From positions 1 through 54,084 of the forward strand of contig JAHJSA010000037.1 in assembly GCA_018830645.1 (NCBI GenBank): a stretch of DNA of 54,084 nt, written 5' to 3'. The notes below the pieces were generated by a model. The model made no database searches. It saw nothing but the letters and a program-made list of their open reading frames with translations, and was not told the DNA's origin. How positions within the stretch are numbered: position 1 is the first letter of the stretch; each line of letters opens with the position of its first letter. This DNA is from Actinomycetota bacterium. GTDB lineage: Bacteria; Actinomycetota; Thermoleophilia; RBG-16-64-13. Shown here piece by piece: positions 46,292-54,084 of the stretch. The position numbers and the translations under genes are program-made.

Positions 46292-48454
46292 TCATGATCG
46301 CCTCCGAGGCCGACGTCCAACCTGCTCACCGTCTTCCCGTGCGGGGGTTCTTTCGCTCGCAAGACCGATGGCATGAAGTACGTCAGCCTCGACCTGTTCA
46401 ACCGGCCGACCGAAGGCTTCGGCACTTGCGGCCTTGAGCTCTGCCGGATCGGATATCGCGGCTGACGCAGGCATCGTTTGTCCGGAGATCCATCCGGTGG
46501 AATGGCCTCGGTCCATGAGGTGGGCGTAGATGCCATAACGAGGCAACAGCATGAAGTCGCTTGCCACGAGATTCGGCGCCATCGCGGCCATGTCGTGGGC
46601 GTCTCCGGCGTTCAGACCAAAGACGATCTTGTTCCGAGCGTTGGCATCGACCCCAGCTCGGAGCGTCGGTGGCAGTTGGTTGCGGTACTGATGGGCGATC
46701 GTGAACCCTACGCCGAGTCCTCGTGCCTGGGAGAGCGCGTCGGCCAGATCGGTCGGCAGGGTTAGGTAGTCTTGGACTTCGTCGATGAACACGCTGACGA
46801 GGTAGCGTCGCTCGGGCGGCAGCTTGGCGCGGGCGAGGATGAGCGGCCAGAGCTGGGCCACGACCAGGGAGCCGAGGAGTCGTGCGCCCTCCGAGCCGAT
46901 CAGACCCTTGTTCAGGGAGACCAGCACGATGCGTTGCTTCGTGAAGAGATCGTTCATTTCGAAGAGTGGCTCGGTCTGCCCGAGAACCGAGCGCAGCGCC
47001 GGGCGCAGCAGAAACTGGCGCAGCTTATTCATTACCGGTGCGATCGCTTGGGCGCGCTGTCCCACCGACATGGCCTCATACGCCGCCCAGAACGGGCCGA
47101 GTCCGACTCGGTCGGTGATGCCAGCGGTGAGCTTGCGCCTGAAGTGAGCGTCGGTCAGGAGTGTGGGCAACCAGACCAACGACGACTGTGGATACTGCGC
47201 CAAGGTCAGCAGGGCGCTCGTTAGGATGTCCTGTGTTCGCGGTCCCCACGAGTCTGCGAACAACTCCTTGAATACCGCCAGCACGCTATCGGCAACCAGT
47301 GCCGGGTTCTGGCGTTTCCCTGCGAGTGGGTTGAGCCCTACCGGACGGGGGTCGGCCGGATCGATAACGACCACATCACCTCGCCGTGACTCCGGGATTC
47401 GGGCCAGCACGTCGCAGGTCAGATCGCTCTTTGGATCAATCAGTAGCACCCCGCGTCCGGCGGCGATGTCGGCGCAGATGATGTTGAGCATGGCATTGGA
47501 CTTGCCGGAGCCGGTTGGTCCGAGCAGCACCGTGTGCTGCAGCGAGTCTCTGACCGATACTCCGAGTCGGACGGTCTCTCCGGCTGCCGAGGAGACCGCA
47601 AAGGGTCGGTCTGAGTCGCGCAGGCCCGGAGCAGGTGGGAGTACCTTGGGGTGCATTCCGCCCACGCCGGGTAGCGTCCCCTCTCCGAGCGGCCAGCCCA
47701 TCAAAGAAACGAGTTCTGGCGCGGAGAGCGTGAGCGGCCAGCGCCACGGTCGGCGCGCAGCGCTCAGGGCCATTGGCGACTCCCTGCTTGCTCGGAGATG
47801 CGCACCGGCAGATTCGGCAACCTTTAATCCACCGATGAGATTGGAGATGAGGTGGCGCTCTCGCCCTGGTGTGTCGGCGGTGGCTCCGATGCGGATGATG
47901 GCCTTGAAGCCGTGTGTCTTCACGCGGGCTTTCATGCTGGCTCTGGTCTCAGACGAGGCCGGGCGGACCGCACCCGAGATCAGCTGGAGCCAGGTTGCTC
48001 GGGGATCGTCCAGTCGGTCTGAAAGCATGGCCGGGGCGACACGTGGGCCGAGCGCCACTTGGAGGACAAGCTCCCCGTGCCCTGTCTTGGCAGCCGCCAG
48101 ACCCGCCAATACGGAGCGCACCGCCGCCATAACCCTATCGGTGGAGAGTGCCAACGAATGGTGGCTGACGCGCACCCGCGCCGCCGAGTTCACCTGGAAT
48201 CGGCGGGTCTTCGCCGACAACCTCACGCCGTCGACATGTGAGGTCATGAGCTGCTTCATCGCCGACGTCTGAACGTCGGCGCAACCAATGAGATAGTGGA
48301 TGCCTTTGGAGTCGCTGCGTGCCTCCCAGATAACGGTTCCGAGAGTTCGGTCGGCCGCTAGGCGACCGAGCAGTTCAAGGGCCACTTCTGGATCAAAGGG
48401 CCGGGGCCACGAGACCTCTCGCCAGACCAAGGTTCGGTTACGCCGATTCATCAT
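46292..48454 (-). CDS. FtsK/SpoIIIE- or TraD/VirD4-like conjugative DNA translocase (coupling protein)
   Basis: 720 aa. Walker A LLGPTGSGKSN, Walker B-like VSVFIDEVQD, and a TraD/TrwB-like layout with an N-terminal non-ATPase region. Confidence 0.8.
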   Translation of the reverse strand: MMNRRNRTLVWREVSWPRPFDPEVALELLGRLAADRTLGTVIWEARSDSKGIHYLIGCADVQTSAMKQLMTSHVDGVRLSAKTRRFQVNSAARVRVSHHSLALSTDRVMAAVRSVLAGLAAAKTGHGELVLQVALGPRVAPAMLSDRLDDPRATWLQLISGAVRPASSETRASMKARVKTHGFKAIIRIGATADTPGRERHLISNLIGGLKVAESAGAHLRASRESPMALSAARRPWRWPLTLSAPELVSLMGWPLGEGTLPGVGGMHPKVLPPAPGLRDSDRPFAVSSAAGETVRLGVSVRDSLQHTVLLGPTGSGKSNAMLNIICADIAAGRGVLLIDPKSDLTCDVLARIPESRRGDVVVIDPADPRPVGLNPLAGKRQNPALVADSVLAVFKELFADSWGPRTQDILTSALLTLAQYPQSSLVWLPTLLTDAHFRRKLTAGITDRVGLGPFWAAYEAMSVGQRAQAIAPVMNKLRQFLLRPALRSVLGQTEPLFEMNDLFTKQRIVLVSLNKGLIGSEGARLLGSLVVAQLWPLILARAKLPPERRYLVSVFIDEVQDYLTLPTDLADALSQARGLGVGFTIAHQYRNQLPPTLRAGVDANARNKIVFGLNAGDAHDMAAMAPNLVASDFMLLPRYGIYAHLMDRGHSTGWISGQTMPASAAISDPAELKAASAEAFGRPVEQVEADVLHAIGLASERTPAREDGEQVGRRPRRRS

Positions 48455-48641
48455 GATCTCCAGAGGCAGGCTTCTCGGTGTGCTCCTGCTCTGCCTCGGC
48501 CTCATCAGCGGCCTGGTGCAGGGCCAGGGCTAGGAAGGCCCGGCTCAGCTTGCGCGCATCCAGCTTCTCATTCGGTTCGGGCAGGATCCAGACCCGGTTC
48601 GATGTGGTCGGGCGTCCCTGCTTCTTCTTACGTCTACTCAT
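48438..48641 (-). CDS. Small basic protein (67 aa), with AT-hook-like KKKQGRP and an acidic tail
   Basis: ATG preceded by a near-perfect AAAGGAGGT Shine-Dalgarno. Its 3' end overlaps the translocase start by 17 nt. Confidence 0.5.
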   Translation of the reverse strand: MSRRKKKQGRPTTSNRVWILPEPNEKLDARKLSRAFLALALHQAADEAEAEQEHTEKPASGDHDESA

Positions 48642-48712
48642 GTCGTCGGACCTCCTTTCTAAGCTAGCCGTGCGTTCTCTCATGTGCCGATCGTTCAGTT
48701 CGGATGATCGGT

Positions 48713-48901
48713 CTACCATCTGCGCCACTGCCACCACCGCAGAAGGATGGCTGCGCCTGCGATAATTGCGCCGGCGATGGCCAGCACGCACCAGATCTCG
48801 AGCAGCAGTCTCACGCTCAACCACAGTGCGAGTGTCGCGCCGAGGATCGTCAATGAAGCGCGCCACAGCTTCGTGGCCAATCCTCCTGGCTCGTCGGCCA
48901 T
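48713..48901 (-). CDS. Small membrane protein (about 62 aa, 2 TM), Spd-like candidate
   Basis: Two hydrophobic helices and a Trp/Arg-rich C-terminus. Typical of the small spread proteins of AICEs, but no motif confirms it. Confidence 0.45.
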   Translation of the reverse strand: MADEPGGLATKLWRASLTILGATLALWLSVRLLLEIWCVLAIAGAIIAGAAILLRWWQWRRW

Positions 48902-48916
48902 GATCAACACCACCCT

Positions 48917-49480
48917 TCACGATCGAACCCTCGTCGCGGGTGAATCCGGGACCGGATACCCCGGTATGTCGATATCTGAGGCGATCTGGTCGCCCCACAC
49001 GTCCCAACCGGGTCGGGGCCTGCGGGCGAACAGTTCGAGGTAGGGTCCAGGGGAGACACGCTCGATGACGGCGTACTGCTCTTCAGGCTTATGAGAGTGG
49101 TCCTGGAGCGGTGCGAACATCCATGTCGGCTGCGCGCGGAAGAGTACCGGCGCCTTCCCGCGAGTCCCAAGCAGAACGTGCTCGGTCGCGTTGCGTAGGT
49201 ACTGGCCGAGCGTGAAACGCGGCTTGATCCACGTCAGCGGACTGCGGGGTGTGAAGCCCCACGCTTCCAGCACATCGTAGCCGTGTCTGAGGGTCGCATT
49301 CGTCACCCAGAGCCAGCAATGGCTCGATTCGGGATCGGCCAGCTCAGCTATCGGTATAGCCTTTATCTGATCAAGCGTCATCAGGTTGTAGTGACGCTCG
49401 GCTCCGAGCGAGTTTCTTCCTTTTTGCAGCACGTCCCATGGCGGGTCGGCCATGATCGTGCGGTAGAGTTTGTTGTTCAA
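48917..49480 (-). CDS. MT-A70-family N6-adenine DNA methyltransferase (orphan, about 187 aa)
   Basis: Catalytic motif IV DPPW (IMADPPWDV) near the N-terminus, and C-terminal AdoMet-binding-like FARRPRPGWDVWGDQ, typical of small MT-A70 / Dam-like phage or ICE methylases. A TTG start at 49480 follows an AAGGAAGGAGGT Shine-Dalgarno. Confidence 0.75.
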   Translation of the reverse strand: MNNKLYRTIMADPPWDVLQKGRNSLGAERHYNLMTLDQIKAIPIAELADPESSHCWLWVTNATLRHGYDVLEAWGFTPRSPLTWIKPRFTLGQYLRNATEHVLLGTRGKAPVLFRAQPTWMFAPLQDHSHKPEEQYAVIERVSPGPYLELFARRPRPGWDVWGDQIASDIDIPGYPVPDSPATRVRS

Positions 49481-49664
49481 GTGTTGACCTCCTTCCTTCA
49501 CGACGGCGAAGAGTCGTGTGCGGGTTCGCCGTTCTGCCCTCTATTGCACACCTTCGAGGCCGCAGAACCTAGGCCCGAGCCCGGTACTCCTCGGACCGAC
49601 CAGACAGGCCAACGCCGTAGTTGGCTAACGTACTGGGGTGGCATAAAACGTTGTTGTGCTTTTG

Positions 49665-49955
49665 TCAACGGTGCTCCGCATCGACCGTGTTGCGTGCTTC
49701 CTGGGATGCACGAAACGACTCCAGGATCAGCTCCTTGCGGGCCTCGTGAGCGCGTCCCTGCAACCAAGCTGCGTGCTGAAGGGCCAGGACCTCCAAGCGC
49801 TGCTGGGCCTGCGCCAGCCCGCGTTCGATCCGCTGTAGCCTTGCTTGGTGTTGACGGTTCCGCCAGTCCCTGATCTCGGCCACTGCCAGAGAGCCCAACA
49901 TAGCTAGACCTCCCGCGACCAGAACGAATCCGATGAGTTCACGCATCGTTACCAC
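49665..49955 (-). CDS. Hypothetical small protein: N-terminal TM helix plus coiled coil (96 aa)
   Basis: Hydrophobic N-terminus then a Q/R/L/A-rich heptad-like segment. Confidence 0.45.
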   Translation of the reverse strand: MVTMRELIGFVLVAGGLAMLGSLAVAEIRDWRNRQHQARLQRIERGLAQAQQRLEVLALQHAAWLQGRAHEARKELILESFRASQEARNTVDAEHR

Positions 49956-50341
49956 CTCGCGATCGTCTGGGCCGCGCCGAGTGCGTAGGCGTCGACAATG
50001 TGCTGGTAGCGCGACGCGCCCAAAGGGGCGATCTGGATGAGGTGCTCTTCCAGAGCACTGAGCGCTCCGGCGTTCTGCAGGGCGGTGTCTGTCAGCAGTG
50101 CGCGTACCTGCTCGCGGGTGTTTACTACCAGGCCTTGGGTGACGACTCGCTCGATCTCACGCGTCGCCTGGCGCTGCATAGGCCTGCTCATCTGCTCCAG
50201 CGACCGCGGTGAGAGTCCGTTGCCGGACAATGGCACCAGTTTGCTGCTCATGATTCTGTATCCTTTCTCTTGGAGGATGTCGGACGGGTGGTCCGCCTGA
50301 TTCAGAGTGTGCGCCACCGGGATGGGCGTCTGAACGGTCAA
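49949..50341 (-). CDS. Hypothetical protein (130 aa)
   Basis: Open frame overlapping the downstream gene by 7 nt. No motif recognised. Confidence 0.45.
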   Translation of the reverse strand: MTVQTPIPVAHTLNQADHPSDILQEKGYRIMSSKLVPLSGNGLSPRSLEQMSRPMQRQATREIERVVTQGLVVNTREQVRALLTDTALQNAGALSALEEHLIQIAPLGASRYQHIVDAYALGAAQTIARW

Positions 50342-50387
50342 TCCTTGGGTGTTTGCTGGGTACGTTTCCCCGGAGGAAAAAGAGGCT

Positions 50388-51170
50388 ATGGAGACTCAGA
50401 TCACGCCGCCCTCAGTAGAAGCCATCGTCAAAGCACTGCGACCGATTCTGACCAAGGGACTTCCCGTACGCCCCGAGTTTGGCGACGAGACGTTGCTCGG
50501 GCTCCGGGGCGTCGTCGCCCGCAGCGTAGACCCGAGTGATCGCCTCAATCGCGTGAAGGCGCTCGACGGACTCATCAGGAACCAACTCGTTTACTATCCG
50601 GATGACGAACTGAGTGAGGCGGCGCGTGTCCTGTTTGGTCTCGCTCCCGGCAGTCGGGGCAAGAACCTAACTGCTAGGCGCTTTCAGGCGGCGAGTGAGA
50701 CGGGCTATGAGACGGATCACTTCCGCAAGCACATCGAGCCGAAGATACTCAAGATGCTGGCCTGGCAGCTCCATCAAGATTCGCAGAACTACATCCCCAG
50801 GTCGCGCGCTGTTCCGCCACCGCTAGAGTCCTCCGGTGACACTCCTGTCATCACGAAAGGAGACGTCTCTTCCAAGGAGGCTGCCGAACATGAGGAACTC
50901 CTGTCGCGCCTCTGGGCGCACGTCTATGCGCTGCGGGCCGAGATCCTGCGGGTCGAACGGCTCAAGGGCTGGCCCTACGACGCCACGGAGCCATCTCTCA
51001 GTGAGAAGATGCTGGAGGAGGCTGTAGCTGTACGCGACTCTGAAGTACGCGAAGTCAAGGTACTTGTCCAACGATACATCGACACCTACGGTCAGGGCAT
51101 CACCCATGGTGAGGCGGAGTTCAACGCCGAGGGGCTGCTCCGGCTTGCCGGATGGAACCGCGATATCTGA
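50388..51170 (+). CDS. Hypothetical protein (about 260 aa), divergent from the three small genes
   Basis: Start chosen at METQITPP after a GAGGAAAAAGAGG Shine-Dalgarno (the ORF track starts at 50349). Mixed alpha-helical character with no recognised domain. Confidence 0.5.
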   Translation: METQITPPSVEAIVKALRPILTKGLPVRPEFGDETLLGLRGVVARSVDPSDRLNRVKALDGLIRNQLVYYPDDELSEAARVLFGLAPGSRGKNLTARRFQAASETGYETDHFRKHIEPKILKMLAWQLHQDSQNYIPRSRAVPPPLESSGDTPVITKGDVSSKEAAEHEELLSRLWAHVYALRAEILRVERLKGWPYDATEPSLSEKMLEEAVAVRDSEVREVKVLVQRYIDTYGQGITHGEAEFNAEGLLRLAGWNRDI

Positions 51171-51272
51171 TTCGATGATGTTGCCATCTACCAGAGGAGG
51201 CTTCCGCCCTCCTGGGCTGCAAGGGCCCCCGACCTGGCTTGCCGCAGCCGAAGGACTTAACTGGAGATGTGA

Positions 51273-51296
51273 CCAGATGCATGGGTATGCATCTGG
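51273..51296. repeat. Perfect 10-bp-arm palindrome CCAGATGCAT-gggt-ATGCATCTGG in the low-GC spacer upstream of the SNF2 helicase
   Basis: Read directly. It lies 100 nt downstream of the hypothetical gene's stop, and is followed by an AT-rich stretch containing TAGAATATTAGAT. Confidence 0.6.
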
Positions 51297-51644
51297 TGTA
51301 ACAATTATGCAAGTGGTAGAATATTAGATAGTTTCAGCGCCTATCCGACAGCAATACTGATGGTAAGTTCATCGGGCACGCGGGGGCGATACCATGCTTC
51401 TGTCCGTGGCCGGTAGTAGAGTAGGAGGGCGCTGGGGGTAGTCGAGACCCTTTTCTCGATCTAAACGGAGATAGAGCACGACACATGGCCAGAGTGAGCA
51501 GTGCAGCAGGAACAACACAGCTAACGATTCACAGGGTGGTGATGTGGTAGTGGCTCTCAAGAAATCAGACCTGTGTGGCTCGGTCTGGAAGAGCTGCGAT
51601 GAGTTGAGGGGCAATCCGGAACCATTAAGTATCCCGGGGTGTAG

Positions 51645-53957
51645 ATGAGCCTCACCGCCTATCAGGCGAAGTACTACGCCCATGAACTTCAACGTTCGTA
51701 CGCGAACGATCACGTTGGCAAACTCGCAGGCCTCCTCTTCGACGCCCAGGTGGAACCGAAGCCGCATCAGATCGATGCGGCCCTCTTTGCATTACAAACC
51801 CCGTACCTCCCCGGTGTTGTCCTCGCCGACGAAGTGGGCCTTGGCAAGACCATCGAGGCGGGCATCGTCATCACTCAGTACTGGGCAGAGCGCAGGCGCC
51901 GAATCCTGATCATTGCGCCGTCAAGCCTCCGCCAACAGTGGCAACAGGAGCTGCTTGAGAAGTTCCTGATCCCCAGCCAGCTACTGGATCCCAAGCTCAA
52001 GGGAGAACAGCTCGCGCGCACTGCCGAACAGGGCGCTGGAGTGCTGATCTGCTCCTACGACTTCGCGCTGCGTCATGAAGCCAGCCTGCTGCGCCAATGG
52101 GACTTAGTCATCTGCGATGAGGCCCATCGCCTGCGCAACTTCTACACAGGGCGCAACAAGGCTCCAGAGGCCATCAGCCATATCGTTCGTGAAGCTCACA
52201 AGACCCTGCTAGTCACGGCGACCCCTCTACAGAACCGCCTCGAAGAGGTCTACGGCCTCGTCAGCGTGTTTGACCCCGACTACTTCTACTCGCTGGATGC
52301 TTTCCGTGAGCGCTACGTCAAGACTAAGGGTATCGGCGACAACGACGACCTGGTCGAACGTGTGGCTGCTATCAGCAAGCGCACGTTGCGCAGGGATGCC
52401 GACAAGTACATCCACTTCACTAAGCGCCTGCCACTCACCGTGGAGTTCACCCCGAGCTCCGAGGAGATCGAACTCTACGAGAAGGTCAACGACTACCTGC
52501 AACGCGAAGACCTGTTCGCATTCGCCAACTCCCAGCGCCACCTCACGACGCTGATTATCCGCAAGCGCCTCGGCTCATCCTCCTACGCCGTTTCCAGCAC
52601 CCTGGCGAAGATTGCCGACCGGCTCGAAGCAGAGCTGCATGCCGGTGTCCGTCGTGACAGCCGGGGCGGGTTCATCATGGCCGACTTGATGGACGATGAC
52701 CTTACGGGTGAAGAACTTGAGGAACTGCAAGAAGGCGGCGTACCGGCTGCAGAGAGTGCCCGGTTCGGTCCCGATGCAGGCGAGCATCTGAACAACAACA
52801 CGCTCGAAGCCATGCGGGCTGAGGTTGAAGAGCTGCGCGGCTACGCCGACCTGGCCCGGTCCATCACGGTCAACCAGAAGGCCGTGAAACTCAACGAAGC
52901 TCTCGACAAGGGCTTTGAACGCCTACGTGAACTCGGCGCACCGGAGAAGGCGATCATCTTCACCGACTCCACTAAGACCCAGGAGTACATCGCCCGCTCG
53001 CTCAGTGAGGCTGGACGCGGTGAGGGCCTGGTCCTATTCAACGGCTCCAACAGTTCGCCCGAAAGCAACGAGATCTACAGGAACTGGTTGGAAGCCAACA
53101 AGGATGGCGACATCATCACTGGCATTCCGGCAGCCGACCGCCGCAAGGCGCTCGTGGACTACTTCCGCGATCGCGGCACCGCTATGATTGCCACCGAAGC
53201 CGCTGCCGAAGGTATCAACCTACAGTTCTGCTCGATGGTCGTGAACTATGACCTGCCGTGGAACCCGCAACGCGTGGAACAGCGTATCGGTCGTGCCCAC
53301 CGCTTCGGCCAGAAGTACGACGTCGTGGTCGTGAACTTCTCCAACAAGGGCAACGTGGCTGAGGCCCGCATTCTTGAATTGCTAGCAACCAAGTTCCACC
53401 TGTTCGAGTCCGTCTTCGGTGCTAGTGATGAAGTGCTCGGTGCAATCGAGGATGGCTTCGATTTCGAGAAGATTATCAACAGCATACTCAGCACTTCTCG
53501 CAGTGATGCTGAAATTGACCGAGCGTTCAAAGCACTAGAAGAGCAGTATGCCACCGAGATCAGCGCCGAAATGGCTGCCGCCAAGGCCAAGGTGTTCGAC
53601 AACCTTGACCCCAACGTGCAAGACCGCCTGAAGGCTTACGACTCACAGTCCGGCGAGGTACTCAACAAGTTCGAGCGACTACTGCTGGCAGTCACCAAGC
53701 TCCAGCTCGACCCTTTCGCAACATTCGAGGGCAATGGCCGCCATTTTGTGCTCAATGAGGCCCCGGTCAAAGATGCCAAGACGGGCCGTTACTACTTCAA
53801 GTCAGAGCCACTCGACAATGCTCACCAGTACCGCTTCGACAGTGATCTCGCCCGCTACGTCATGGAGTCATCTAAGCCCGAATCCACCGGTCCCCCTCCG
53901 AAACCCCCGTCCCACCAGCCCAGAAAGGCATCATTGGAGTTCGCGGTGGCCGCGTGA
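51645..53957 (+). CDS. SNF2-family (Superfamily 2) helicase/ATPase with a C-terminal extension of about 250 aa
   Basis: Motif I LADEVGLGKT, motif II DEAH (LVICDEAHRLRN), motif III TATPLQN and helicase-C motifs (QRIGRAHRFGQ). It has a short N-terminus and no extra N-domains. Confidence 0.85.
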   Translation: MSLTAYQAKYYAHELQRSYANDHVGKLAGLLFDAQVEPKPHQIDAALFALQTPYLPGVVLADEVGLGKTIEAGIVITQYWAERRRRILIIAPSSLRQQWQQELLEKFLIPSQLLDPKLKGEQLARTAEQGAGVLICSYDFALRHEASLLRQWDLVICDEAHRLRNFYTGRNKAPEAISHIVREAHKTLLVTATPLQNRLEEVYGLVSVFDPDYFYSLDAFRERYVKTKGIGDNDDLVERVAAISKRTLRRDADKYIHFTKRLPLTVEFTPSSEEIELYEKVNDYLQREDLFAFANSQRHLTTLIIRKRLGSSSYAVSSTLAKIADRLEAELHAGVRRDSRGGFIMADLMDDDLTGEELEELQEGGVPAAESARFGPDAGEHLNNNTLEAMRAEVEELRGYADLARSITVNQKAVKLNEALDKGFERLRELGAPEKAIIFTDSTKTQEYIARSLSEAGRGEGLVLFNGSNSSPESNEIYRNWLEANKDGDIITGIPAADRRKALVDYFRDRGTAMIATEAAAEGINLQFCSMVVNYDLPWNPQRVEQRIGRAHRFGQKYDVVVVNFSNKGNVAEARILELLATKFHLFESVFGASDEVLGAIEDGFDFEKIINSILSTSRSDAEIDRAFKALEEQYATEISAEMAAAKAKVFDNLDPNVQDRLKAYDSQSGEVLNKFERLLLAVTKLQLDPFATFEGNGRHFVLNEAPVKDAKTGRYYFKSEPLDNAHQYRFDSDLARYVMESSKPESTGPPPKPPSHQPRKASLEFAVAA

Positions 53958-54084
53958 CCGCTTCCTCCGGCCGGGAGCGCCAGGATCAAGTCTGTCGCCG
54001 ACCGCCGGGAGCGATCCAAGCCGGGTGACGCCCCCCCAAGGTAGGCAAAAGCCGGTCCTGCCTTCTCGGTAGGGATGCTCCAGG

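Larger units (their letters stand above)
43433..54084. mobile_element. Integrative (AICE-like) element inserted at the 3' end of tRNA-Ala(GGC). It extends past the right window edge.
   Basis: A large serine recombinase abuts the tRNA, followed by a Replic_Relax protein, an FtsK/TraD-like translocase, small membrane/basic proteins, an MT-A70 methylase and an SNF2 helicase. GC drops visibly relative to the flanking chromosome, most of all at 51.2-51.6 kb. Confidence 0.7.

Overview
This is a 54 kb high-GC (about 68%) chromosomal window. Its synteny looks actinobacterial: lysA-hom ... rho, tsaE-tsaB-rimI-tsaD-groES-groEL with a CIRCE operator, and pyrE-hup-pyrF. The first 43 kb are mostly housekeeping: a DUF485-ActP symporter pair with a LytS-type kinase, hpt, lysA, hom, rho, panC, tldD/pmbA, guaA, rsfS and flotillin. 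Three things stand out in that part. (1) Where Mycobacterium-type actinobacteria carry thrC-thrB between hom and rho, this window has an overlapping operon sppA / metallophosphoesterase / cyclic 2,3-diphosphoglycerate synthetase / 2-phosphoglycerate kinase / glpX. That is a methanogen-type cDPG compatible-solute pathway in a bacterium. (2) Two unusual fusions sit next to panC: an hexulose-6-phosphate-synthase::RraA-like fusion and a DUF2520::YjbQ fusion. (3) There are several short tandem duplications at gene 3' ends and two apparently disrupted genes. From tRNA-Ala(GGC) at 43.36 kb to the window end lies a compositionally distinct integrative element of the AICE type. It carries a large serine recombinase, a Replic_Relax protein, an FtsK/TraD-like DNA translocase, an orphan MT-A70 N6-adenine methyltransferase, several small hypotheticals, and, after a low-GC 470 bp spacer with a perfect palindrome, an SNF2-family helicase. 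The helicase runs to the window edge and is the best candidate entry point to an undescribed defence-like cargo system. All calls rest on reading the supplied translations and DNA by eye. No database searches were run.
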